Origin: Monocercomonoides exilis PA203
Taxonomy: Eukaryota; Protista; Preaxostyla
Assembly (NCBI GenBank): GCA_001643675.2
Contig: LSRY02000018.1
Coordinates: 806,001 to 870,000 of the forward strand
DNA length: 64,000 bases
Reading direction: 5' to 3'
The notes under the pieces are model-generated. The model did no database searches. It was not told where the DNA came from and saw only the letters and a list, made by a program, of their open reading frames with translations. Shown piece after piece: positions 1-12,082 of this stretch (position 1 is the first letter of the stretch; each line of letters opens with the position of its first letter). The position numbers and the translations under genes are program-made.

Positions 1-3000
1 GCAGCCAGCAATCTTAATCTTTCCCGTGTCTTTGAGCCATACATTGATTACTCCACCCTCTTTGCATTTTGCATTGCCAACATTTCTGAAATCACACTCT
101 TCAATATTCACGCTTCCTTCCAGTTGAGATGAAATAATCGGACTCATCGCTGCCTGCGGAGAAGCAGAACATCTGTCAAATGAAATGTTCTTCAGCAACA
201 AAGTGCTGCGTCCTCCTGCTGTCTCTGAGAAGAAAGCCGCACACAACAAAATCATACCAACTGAAATGTTATTCATTGTTATTGCTGACGAGCCTGCATA
301 TTTCATGAATGAGCTCTCCAGACGGAAGCTGTGCTCACCAATAGAGCAATTATTCAGCACCACTGTTCCTTCTTTCACTTCAATGACATGCAAAAAAACA
401 GAAGAGTCCAGCTGTTCGCTTTCAAAACTTGCATTGTTCATATTAAGAAAATTGTCTGTTAAAATGAGTGTCTTCAGCACATTTTGCACAGATGGTAAAT
501 ACAGTTTGATTTTGTTAAATGAGAGAGCATCGTGGTTGAATATTGCTGCATCAAACACCCCCATCGTGAAGTCAAATCGAAATGTAGAAAACGTTGAACT
601 CCAAGAAGGAAATACGGTCATCGAAGACAATTCAATTGGCTTGCTTATTACTGCTTGCGATACAATAGATATTCCTTTGTTTGTGGCAGTTGAATCAAGA
701 ATCTTATCCATACCATATTCAAATGTCTTGCACGGCTCGCTTTCATTCCCACATCTGAACCAGTCTTCCCCATGCTCAGAACCAGCATTCTTCACATTGA
801 CAATCGCCAGATGAATAGTCATTAAAAAAATAAGATCGATATGTTGGTCAATTGAAGAAGCATTGCACCCACACATCATGTTTTCAACATCAGTTGTTGG
901 AGTTAGAAGATTCCCAAATTTTTCAAATGTCACACAAGAATTAAGATTTGGTGCTTGGATGTATATATCTCGTCCATATTTTGCCTTGTTAGATTCAAAA
1001 CTGCATCCAGTAATTTTATAATCGCTGCTAATATCTTTCAATAGCAAAAAAACTCCTCCTCCTTTTCCAGCCGATTCACTGGCAGTATTAGATGATATTA
1101 GGCATCGATTAATTTCAAATTTTTTATTCGCCCCAACTGCAAAGGAAATGGCTCCTCCATTGATTGATGCTGTGCAAGACGATGAAGAAAAATTGCATGA
1201 TGTAGCATTGAAGGAGCCGATGCCAGTCGAAGAAGATATAACAACACATGAACTTGTCTCTTTGGTCGATGAAATTCGTTCAAATCCACAATTGGACAAT
1301 TCAATTTTCTGCGAAGATGATCCACTCACTAATTGTGAAATAAGACCTGCTTTGGAAGAGGTGAACTTGAGGTTTGCAAATCGGCTTTCAGAAAACTTGA
1401 AAATCCCATTTTGAAGGGAGAACAATGAACAAGAGCAACATAATTCACTGGAAGCATTAAATGATGTGCTTTCAAGAACAAGTCTGCCTCCGCTTATTGA
1501 AACAAGCGCAATTGTTAAAGCATTTGAAGCACTTCCAACAAAAATACAATTTGAAAAGGTTTGGGTTCCGCTTGTTCCACTCAGCAACTTCTGAACTGAA
1601 CTTCCTTGAGGAACTGAGCCAATTGAATAAACAATGTTTTGAGATTGAAAGGCGCCTGATGATATAAAAGCAGAATTCGCGGTTCCTGCAATTCCGTCAA
1701 TAATAATTGTTGCAGTTGCTGATGAATCATTTCTGCTAATAACAACATTTGACACTTCAGTTCCAGAATAAGACACTTTCACAGTTCCATTTGCTTTGAT
1801 TGTTCTGGAAGATCCATTTAGGCGTTGAATAGCCTGAGTAATTGTCCTGCAATGAGCGATTACTGATCCACAATACTTTCCATCCCCTCGCGACGCATTT
1901 GAAGCATGAATTATCGACGATGTGTATCCAAATATGAAGGGCATCAAATCAAAATCCCCCCGAAATGTTGCATTGTCTCTTCCAAACCACGCATTTGTTC
2001 TATTCGGAACATATGTCGCAGTTACCGCTGCTGAATAATAAGAGTCCACATTTGCGTTTGGCAATGAAGGAACGCATATAAAAACGTCTCGTCCAAAATA
2101 TGCTTGATTCGACGAGAACTTGCAGCTGCTTATAGAAAATTTTGATAGCGATCCGCTTGTTGAGAAGTACAATGCTCCTCCTCTTCCACTGCTTTGACTG
2201 ACGCAGCAACTTGTAAATGTGGTGTTAGAAAAGTTAATTTGAGAATCATCAGTGCTCAAGCATATTGCGCCACCATTTGTACCATTCTCGTGAAGGCTCG
2301 AAATCGAAGATATTGAGCAGCTATTAAATGCAAGAGATTTTGGATACTTTGCTGAGATGAAAATAGTGGAATAATTTTTTGATGAGGTGATATTCGTGAA
2401 ATTGCATAACGAGAATGTTAACTTCGTCACTCCATTTGTCATTTGAAATAATGAATTGTATTGCAATTTTGCGTTCTTCGTAGCAATCCTATTGAAGGAA
2501 ATGGTTCCGCTCGAAAAATAAAACAAACTATCAGATAATTCAGTCATCCAGTCACTTGGAGTCGAAATCGTAATATCAGAAACAGAAAGGTTGAAATTAC
2601 CAGAAGAACCATATATAATACGAAAAGAATTTTTGTTCACATTTATTGTAAATGTAGAAATCGTTGCATTAACAGCTCCAGAAATGGAAATCATTGAGGT
2701 TGCTGAATATTTATTCAAATTAAAAATAACTTTTGTTTGACTTTCTCCGAACGCGTCCACTTTCCCTCTTGTTGAATTAATCACCCAACTGTCATTTTCG
2801 TTGTAAGTTCCGTTCAGAAGTTTGATTCTCTTCAAATAATTTGGCCTTCGATTGCTTATGGCTGTGTTGACTGATTTGCAAGCAACGTCAACGCTTAACC
2901 CACAATTAACTGTTGTGCTACCATTGGACGCAGCAATCTGATACTGATCCATTTTAATAAGCTTAGAATAATTTGTTCCATCAATATATACTCTATTTCC

Positions 3001-4135
3001 ATCATTATATGTAAAACTTGATGAAAATGTTATATCAACATCTTTTGTTGTCCAATCGAAATTATAAACATAAAAATCTGGCCCAAGATTATTTGTTGCC
3101 TTGCAGTCATAAAAAACATTGTTTTTTATGGTTCCGTATCCAACTTCATTAATGTATATTCCTCCTCCATAATTTGCTGTGCAATTCTCAAAAGTACAAT
3201 TCAAAACAGTCAAATTATAATTGATGGTTCCCCAAATTTCTCCATCATAAAATAGACCTCCACCGTTTGTTCCTGTACAATCTTTAAAAATCGTAGAAGT
3301 AACATTTGCATTTTTCCCTGTTATGCTTTGCTTTGCACGAGAAACATGAAACAATGACGAAGGAGTTGAATGAGAGCATTCATAAAATTCGCAAAGATCA
3401 CAGATAAAATCTTGCGATGGCGAAGTAAAAGAAAGCCCATGAACAACGCCTCCATAAAATGCATCGTGAACATGAATAAACGTGGATAATTTTATTGCCG
3501 AAGAAATAACAAATGAGCAATTCTCCTTCGCAGAAGCTTCATTTCCTGTTTTCACCTTGGCTGTTACATTTGCAAAGTAACAGTGATCGACAGCTTCGTA
3601 GTTTCCAATCCCAGAGCACAGTAAAGACGACGATTTTCTTGATAAGATTGTGAAATCAGAGAAGCATGAATTTATTAGTTTTACTCCAGAAGAAGCTTCA
3701 TTCTGCAAATTTACGATAGAAGGCAACTGTCTTTTGCATGTGCAAGTGTCTATCGAAACGTTTGAAAACAAAACAGATCCTGATGAAGCAAACGGAGTTA
3801 ATGCTTTCGAAGAATAAACAAATTTTGTGTTGAAACATAAAAGTGAAGATTCTCCATCAAGAGCAGTAATTGAATATTGCTGCAAGTCAATGCAAAAAAT
3901 ATCATTAAGTTTTAAAGAAGAGTTTGACAAAAGAAACAAATAGTTTGAATTTGAGGAATTGCTGGGAATCGTTTGCTGCAGTCGCGTCGACTTAGCGGTT
4001 CCCTCGCTCGAAAATAATCCAGTTTTTTCAAATGCCCCATTTGCAGCTCCAAAGGCTGCGACAATGCAGCAAACAAAAAATTCAATCGTTAACAAATTTG
4101 TTTGATCTCGGAAGCATAACTTTTTTTCTGTTCAT
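1..4135 (-). CDS. Giant intronless surface-type protein (GG-rich beta-helix-like repeats and CG-x-C modules), N-terminal part; continues beyond the window start
   Basis: Both ends translate in the same minus frame (4095: LLTIEFFVCCIVAAFG, signal-peptide-like; 60-1: EGGVINVWLKDTGKIKIAGC). The ORF track shows no stop-terminated long ORF in this frame, consistent with about 1365 open codons running off the window. Motifs CGLSVDVACKSV, CGSVIAHCRTI, CGNESEPCKTF and NGGAI resemble those of the 2732-aa protein at 24257-32455. The ATG at 4135 is one base out of frame across an A7 run. Confidence 0.8.
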
Positions 4136-4614
4136 TAATCTTTTTCTTGCTAAACAGACAAATTCAGAAAAATTTCTTATAACAACAATTGTTCTTTCAG
4201 TGTAATGGTGAGCAAATTTGATTGAACAATTGGGACAAATACGTGATTTATAATTTCAAAAAAAAAAGAGAATGTCCTTATCATCACAAAAACAAAATAA
4301 ATATATAAAGCAATATGTTATCAATCTTAGATATTTTGGTTGATGAAATAAAAAATCATGATTTTATTTTTAACTCCACGTTATTTGTTCAATGACTGAT
4401 TTTGTCTCAGATGGAAAAGTGCGCTTCAAAATACAGAAATTTGTGTTGTCTTGCACCAAATACACACACCAAAAAACAAATAAAAGAGGAAGATAATACG
4501 TGATTTTTCTCTTTTTGTGAAGTGCCATTTCTTTGGTTTTTCTTTTCCCGTGAAGTGAGAGTGAAGTGTCAATTTCATTGAAAACACCATTCTTTGAGGA
4601 AGCATTTAATTGCG

Positions 4615-6162
4615 TCAGAAAAGAAGTACTTTTGTTTTGCCGCTAACGATGTTCGGCAGAAAATGCTCAGAAAGAATGCGCCTTATGTCTGAAAAAAATA
4701 GAAAGCACAGTCATGAAAAAAATAAAAAATATAAAAGAAGAACAATAAAGGTGGAATCACCATCATTATCAGAAATCACTTTATTTATTATTTTTGAATA
4801 AACAAAACAAGCAAACCTCCCTTTGTGTCTCCCAAAGTGAAAATGCAGAAGTTTTTCTGGTTGTGAAACATGTCTATCACAAGCAGCCGAACGTCATCTG
4901 TTCGAAGCAACGAATTTGCACATGGCTTGGATTCTGCTTCAGACGAATGCTGTTTCTTTTCTCCGTCTCCTTCTTCTTCTTCTTCTTTTTCTTCTTCTTC
5001 ACTCTCTTCTTCATATCTGCTTCTCTTCTTCTTTTCTTTTTCAAGTCCCTCTTTGCTTCGTTCATATTTCAAGTCGCTTCTTTTATCCCCCTTTCCCTCT
5101 TTCTTGCCTTCAGGAACTTTCTCTTCCAGCAATCTCAAAAGCCTACCAGGCGTTCCCACACCCACGCAAAAATACCTCTTCTTTCTCATTTCCTTTGCTT
5201 GCTCATGCACCTTCGTGTGCTTTCCATAGAGGCAGCATACAATTTGCGAAGAGTAAGCAAGCTTATCAGAGTCCATTGCCGAAGCAGAAGAAGAGTCCTT
5301 TGGAGTTTTCTTCGCTTCTTTCTTTTCTTTTCTCTCTGAAGATTTTTCTGCTTTCTTTGATTCACTTGATTTTCCTGTTTGCTCGCCTAATTTTTGTTTC
5401 ACGTATGTTTCAATCTCATTCATCAACTCCCATCCTCGTGATGCACTCATCGTCACAATCAATATTGGTATGACACATCCTGAGCGACGAGAAGGCACAA
5501 GTTCACCATCTGCTTCCCACCATTTATCCGAGCAAGCATCCAATGCCCGTGTAATCATTCCCACTGGCCTGTATAGCACTTGCGTTAATAGTTCAATGCC
5601 TGTTGAGGAAGTTGCTGAAACAGGATCGAGTTCTCTGGGTAGTGTAATGATTTGTTCAGGAGGTATGCTAACAGCATCCAAATCTTCAAATGTTTTGAAT
5701 TCAGTTGTCAGCTGAGAAACTAAATATGCAGCTTGATTTTTCTAATAAAATATATGATTTCTTTAAAGAAATAAGAAAAAGAAAAAGAAAAATACAGTCG
5801 GTGCGCTTATGATTGTAAAATTTTGGCTAGATTCTAGCTCTTTTGCAATTCTTTCTCTACGCTTCGCTTTTGCTTTCTCTCTTCTTTTTCTAGCCTTGGA
5901 ATTCGAAATAGCATCAAAAGGAAATAATGAGTCTTCAAAATCAATAAATGCAAATGAAATCACTTTAAAAATGCCTCAAACCTTCTGCAACAGATTTTTT
6001 ATTCTCTTCTTCGTCTTTCTCTTCTGAATCATCTCCAAATGGCAAATAATTGGAAGAAATGTCAAAATCATCAAGATCATCGCCTCCTTGAACTGAAGAA
6101 AATCCAATTTTCTGTTTTTGCATTTTGCTATTATCTTTTTTAGATTCAATAGCTTTAGACAT
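4615..6162 (-). CDS. CMSS1: CMS1-like 90S pre-ribosome factor, multi-exon
   Basis: Spliced reading from MSKAIESKK (ATG 6162) through GVGTPGRLLRLL and LLVIDMFHNQKNFCIFTL to a last exon DIRRILSEHFLPNIVSGKTKVLLF* (TGA 4615-4617). These motifs match the Cms1/CMSS1 family. GT-AG introns lie near 5933-5981, 5745-5795 and 4689-4816. Confidence 0.75.
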
Positions 6163-6236
6163 TCTATTAACCAAAATTAATCAAGATACAAAAAAATAAT
6201 TATTTTGATCTTTTCTTCTAATTTTTACTTTGATCG

Positions 6237-7472
6237 ATGAGTAAAGATTCATCTGGCTTTCCTTTTGCATGGAGCCAAAATGATCGAGCATCTACAAGAT
6301 TTAGGCAGTTTTCAAAAGATGATGCGCTTGATGATCTTCGAGATAACAGGGATCAGGCTATTGGTGGATTGAGAGATGATTATAGGAGTAATGTGCTTGA
6401 CAAACAGCGAGCTCCAAAAAAAGCATCTTCTTCTTCAAAGGGAACTCAAGCAACGGTATTTTATTCTTTATTTTATTGATAATGCTGATATTTTTATGAT
6501 TTTTAAACAATTCTTGCACTTAAGAAAAACGTGATTAATTCATATTTCCAATATCTCACTTCCACAGATTCAAGGCAACTTTTTGCAGCATTGGAAAAGA
6601 TAAGAAAGCTTTCAACTAAAAGTTTGTTTTTTCAATCATATGGAGTTACATTTTGTTTTTCTATAAAAAAGGTTCAAACGTTGATGTTGATCTTCTATTT
6701 TCACATGACATATTAACATATTTAATTAAAATATTAAATGAAAGCCATCCTGTTGAGATAATGGTTTGTCAACTTAAAATTCGAGAAAATATTAAAGATT
6801 AATTTTTTTTTAAAAGGAATCTGTAACAGAAATTATTTTGAATCTAGGTATGTAATTTGAGTATTTGCATTTTTTTTGTCAGCGCTATTATTCTTAATGT
6901 TTAGCTGCAAAAGTGACAGGTCCACAGGAGATGCAAATCGTGGCATCGGGTGCCGTGCCTATTTTGATGAAATTGAGCGTTTGCGGCCATCAGTCAGTTA
7001 GAAGCAATGTATTCTAAGCTTTTTTCATATTATATTTCATTCATTCTCAAATTCATTTATTTAATTTTGCATTTTCTCAATTTTTTCTGCTTATGATGGA
7101 ATTACATTTGATTATTAACTTTTTTTTCAATCTACTTATCCAACTGCAATATCTTCACTTCTCCAACGCTCAACTAACATCTCATTCGCTTCTCTATTAT
7201 CGTCTTCAATCGATTATTTAATTTTCTATTGAAAATACTAATATCAATGCTAATGATTTTAATATTCCCTTCTAATCTTCCACTTCCCTTCTCTCCTTCT
7301 CTCCTTCTCTCCACAACCCCAACAACCCCTTCATCTTCCCCCTTCCTCTCTCTCCTTCCTCTCTCTCCTTCCTCTCTCTCCTTCCTCTCTCTCCTTCCTC
7401 TCTCTCCTTCCTCTCTCTCCTTCCTCTCTCTCCTTCCTCTCTCTCCTTCCTCTCTCTCCTTCCTCTCTCTCC

Positions 7473-7558
<86 letters not shown>

Positions 7559-10427
7559 AATTCTCCCTTCTCCCTTCTCCATTCCCAGTCACTCTGGGCG
7601 CTCTCAAACATCTCTGGGGACAGTCTGGAGCTGACACACTACGTCAAGTCACAAGGCGGGGCAGAGTTTGCGCTGCTCTATCTGAAGACAGCGATGAGGG
7701 ACATCTTTGGCGACAGCTATGTGTACAATAGCGCTTCGTTTGAGAGAGAGGCGAGTTTGATTGTTGCGGATGGAGAAGGAGATGGAGAAGGAGAAGGAAG
7801 AGGAGGAGGAGGAGGAGGAAGTGATAGCAACAGTAGTAATAATTGGGGGGTTGATGGTTCATCTGCAATGGATTCATCATCATCATCATCATCATCTTCT
7901 TCTTCTTCTTCTTCCTATTCTTCTTCTTCTTCTTCTTCCACCCCATCAGTTATTCTCCCTCCCTTTTTCGCGGAGCAGCTGCAGACGTTTGTGGTGAGTG
8001 AGGTGGAGTTGTGTGTTGTGCTGTTTTTGCTTCAGAATCTAACCATGGACAGCGAAAAAGGGAAGACATATGTGCCAGCGCTGCATCCATTGGCCCGGTT
8101 GATCTATCACCCAGACGTCGAAATCAAAGCAAGCGCTGCCTGCAGCCTCGCAAACCTCACAAAGTACTCGAAATTCTACAGCAAGCTTGTTCTGAAGCTG
8201 GATATTGTTGGGGAGCTGGTGAAGATCATCAACGAGAAGCAGAAGAAAGTGACGTATCCTGCACTGTACTTGCTGGCGAACCTGTCGCCGTATGCTATTG
8301 CGAATGCTGAGGTGTGATAAATGCTTTAATAGAGAATGGTTTTTTTTTTTTTTCTTTTTTTTCTTTTTCTTTTTCTTTTTCTTTTTCTTTTTCTTTTTCT
8401 TTTTTCTTTTTTTCTTTTTTCTTTTCTTTTCTTTTTTTTTAGTCTTAATCAAAGATTATTATTATTATTATTATGAAATTTGTTCTTAATTTTTGTATTT
8501 ATCTTTATTTTTCTCTATATTCATTAATTTATTATTTATTTATTTATTTATTTCACATTCATTCAAAAATTTTCTTTTTTTTCATCTTCTTTCCTTCTTT
8601 CCTTCTTTCCTTCTTTTCTTCTTTTCTTCTATTCTTCTTCCACTTCCTTCTCCTTCTTCTCCTCCTTCCTCCTTCCTTCTTCTTCTTCCTCTCCAGTGGC
8701 TCAAAGAAACCAATGTTCTGAGCATCTGTGACACACTCGTCTCTCTCATCAGCTTCCCTCTCCCCCAAATTGTGAATGACATGCTGCTCAACTTTGCTAT
8801 TCTGCTGAGCAACATCATCGTCGATTCCCCAGACACCATCTGGTTTCTGTCCCTCCACGACGTTCTTTTGTCCCTTTCTCTTGTTCTCCTTGACAATTCT
8901 TCTGATTGGAATCTTAAAAAGGAAATAATTACTTTGTTTGTGAATGTGGCTGCTTCATTGCCCGTAAGTAAAAAAGAACCTGATTTGAATGTGATCAGAC
9001 GCAATTTCAGTGCAGCAACAGCGCTTTTGCATCAAAAATTGGCTGAAGCGCTGATTTCGCTGCTTCCTCTTGCAACTCCCATGGATGTGTATCATATCTT
9101 GTCCATTTTGAAGCATCTGCTGAGTTTTGGGGCAGCTATAGCGGTGGTGGAGAAAGAGGTGAAGGAGGAGAGGAGGAAGGCGAGGAAGGAGAGGGAGAGG
9201 AAGGAGAGGGAGAGGGAGAAGGAGAAAGAGAAAGAGTTGGATATGAAAGCAGAAGGTGAAGGAGAAGGAGAAGGAGGAGAAGATGAAGGGGAAGAATGGG
9301 AAGAAGAGGACGAAGAAGAAGAGGAAGAAGAAGAGGACGGAGAAGGAGGAAGAGGAACAGGAAGCACCAAAACAAACGGATTAGGGTTAACACCAGAAGA
9401 GGTGTCAGTGTATGATGGGAATGTTATATTGAAGCAGATAGATGTGAACGGGGGTATCCCATTGATTAAAGGGCAAATGACATCGCCTTCGAAACACATC
9501 AAAATGACAGCGCTGAAAATAAACAGCACTTTTTTGTGGAAAGTGGAGAGGGCAGACAGCAGGGTGGTGGAGGATGGGGGGATGGGGAATGAAGAAGGAG
9601 GAGAAGGAGGAGAAGGAGAAGGAGGAGGAAGAGGAATTGAAATTGAAGGAGAAGAGGGAGAGGGAGGAGGAAGAGGAGAAGGAGGAAAGGGAAGTGTGGC
9701 AGCATTTAATGGACACAGTGTGTTTTCATTGCATTCAACAGCAATTTCATCAAAGAAGAAGAAGAAAAAGAAGAAGAAGAAGAAGAAAGAAAAGAATGAA
9801 GAAATTGGAGGAGGAGGAGGGGGAGGAGGAGGAATGAGAGATGCAAGCACGAATCAAATGAATAGCTTTAATAACACTTCGTTTGGAGTACAACAAAGTT
9901 TTGTTCCTCAACAACAAACAATTGTTCCTTCTTTTCCTCCTTCTCTTTCTCTTTCTTCTTCCTCCTCTTTTCCTTCTTCTTCTTCTTCTTTCCCTTCTTC
10001 TTCTTCTTTTCCATTTCCTCAACCTCTTTCATCATCATCATCATCATCATCATCATCTCAGCAATCTTTTATTTCCTCTTCTCAAATTCAACCACAAATT
10101 CAACCACAACCACAGAATCCTCTTTCTTTTGCTTCTTCTCCTTCTCCTTCTCCTTCTCCTTCTCTTCCTCTTCCTCTTTCTCTTTCTCCTTCATTTCCTT
10201 CTTCTTCCACTTCATCCTCTTCTCTTCCTTTTGCTTACACCCAGCAATCAATAAACCCCATTTCACCAATGCCTGCCCCTTTCTCTAACACTGCAATGGA
10301 AGTTGTTATGCCTCCTTCTCTTTCTTCTTCTTCTTCTTCTTCTGCAACTTCTCCTCTTCCTCTGTCTGCTCCTCCTTTAGCTCAGCAGAATCCCATGCAA
10401 TTACAATGGAATTCGATTTTTCAATGA
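6237..10427 (+). CDS. Importin-alpha-like ARM-repeat protein with low-complexity insertions, multi-exon
   Basis: N-terminus resembles an IBB domain (RFRQFSKDDALDDLRDNRDQAIGGLRDDYRSNVLDKQR). ARM-like segments: IVASGAVPILMKL, SLWALSNISGDS, IKASAACSLANLT, PALYLLANL. Introns include 7009-7588 and about 8312-8696. Confidence 0.7.
7341..7558. repeat. 13-bp tandem repeat (CCTTCCTCTCTCT, about 10 copies) merging into a (CT)n microsatellite, intronic
   Basis: Directly visible pure pyrimidine tract just upstream of the acceptor AG at 7587-7588. Confidence 0.95.
8340..8440. repeat. Poly-T/(TTTTTC)n tract, intronic
   Basis: Directly visible. Confidence 0.9.
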
Positions 10428-10623
10428 AAATTAAGGATTTTTGTTTGATGTCTTTTTTGTATAGACCATTTCATTTTTCTTTCAATATTTCAAAAAATGT
10501 TAAAAATTAAAAGGAAACGTTTGAAAGCAGGTTATTTTTGAACATTATTTATAAATCAAAAAAAGGGGGTCTTGATCAAAAAATTCCACGATTCACCAAA
10601 ATTAGATCACACAGTGGCAAGAA

Positions 10624-11922
10624 ATGAAAACCATCGTTGTGGACTGCAAAGGGTTTGTTACACGTTATTTAAACGTTGCATTTCATTTTTTCCATTTTTT
10701 TGTTGACTTCTTGATTTGTGAAATCACTTATCCTCAATGCATTTGAATGACTGATTTTTGTCTTTATTTCGTGAAATTTTAGTCATTTAAAAGGAAGGTT
10801 GGCTTCAGTTGTCGCAAAACAATTATTAAAAGGACAACACATCGTTTTGGTTCGTTGTGAAGAGGCTAACGTTTCTGGATCATGTTTGAAACAATTTTTT
10901 CTTTATCCATTTTCATTATCAATTATCATGATGAATGTATTGGATAACACATCCATCATTTAACATTTCATATCCTTTTTTGTTTGTTTCAGTTTTCCGT
11001 AACAAGAGTATGTTTTTCACTTTCAACATTTTGTTTAAAAATGTAAAATTTATTTTATAATGATGTATTTTCAGTTCTTTTCATGCAATATCTTCACAAA
11101 ACAATGAGACACAACCCTGCTCGTGGACATGTCCACTATCGTGCACCTTCCATGATGATCTACAAAGCCGTCAGAGGTATGCTTCCTCACAAATCAACTC
11201 GTGGACAGGAAGCCCTCAAACGCTTGAAGGTATTTGATGGTGTTCCACCAAAATACCAGAAAGTGAAGAGAATGGTTATTCCAGATGCACTTCGCGTTCT
11301 TAACTTAAAAGCTGAGTCAAAATACACACGTCTGGGTGATCTTGCTTCCCAAGTTGGATGGAAATATGCTGGTATCATCTCAAAATTGGAGAAAGAACGT
11401 CTCGCAAAATCAAAAGCATATTACTACCGCAAGCAAAAGGCAATCAAGATGCATGCAATTCAACTTCGCAAATACAGAAGAAAGGGAATGAACAAAGTCA
11501 GAGATGCATTGATTCAAATCAAGAAAGCCGAGATGATTAAAAAAGATCCAGAAGCAGCCAAGAGATTTGCTGAGAAGAAGGCAAAGAGACAAGCTGAAAA
11601 AGCGGCAAAGAAAGCAAGAAAGGCATACAGGAAGAAGATCCTCGAGAAAGTTGCAGCGAAGAAGGGACCAAAGAAGTTGAGCAAGAAAGAACAAAAGAGA
11701 GCAGAGAGGAAAGCAAAGAAGGCAGCAAAGGAAGCCAAGAAGAAGGACGCAAAGAAAGATGCTAAGAAAGACCAAAAGAAAGTCCAGAAGAAAGTTGAAA
11801 AGAAAGTTGAGAAGAAAGGAGCAAAGAAGGGACCAAAGAATGTTCCAAAGAAGGTTGCAAAGAAAGCACCAAAAGCAGTTGCCGCAAGCAAGCCAGCACC
11901 AAAGAAAACAGTGAAGGCTTAA
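10624..11922 (+). CDS. RPL13A: 60S ribosomal protein uL13 (L13a/L16), 4 exons, 330 aa, with a Lys/Ala-rich C-terminal extension
   Basis: Exons 10624-10652, 10783-10883, 10993-11007 and 11075-11922 splice in frame to [48 protein letters not shown]...[46 protein letters not shown], the canonical uL13 signature. Confidence 0.97.
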
Positions 11923-12082
11923 GAGAAGTTTTCCATTTCAACTCACTGGCACAAAATAATTTGCATTTCCAACAATTGATTGTTTTTTTCTTGCGCTCAT
12001 TTCTAGTTGTTTGGAGCAAGATTATTTTTTTAAACGCATTTAAAATATAAAGCTCCATTTCAAAAATTCATAACTTTTTCAA

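Noticed and set aside
185-2209. Short ORFs on both strands (185-814, 1148-1414 and others)
   Set aside because: They are antisense or off-frame shadows of the long minus-strand ORF.
7341-7483. Regular repeat array considered as CRISPR-like
   Set aside because: The units are head-to-tail with no spacers, the context is a eukaryotic intron, and there are no cas genes.
7174-7611. ERERER... and SLSLSL... ORFs
   Set aside because: They are translations of an intronic CT microsatellite.
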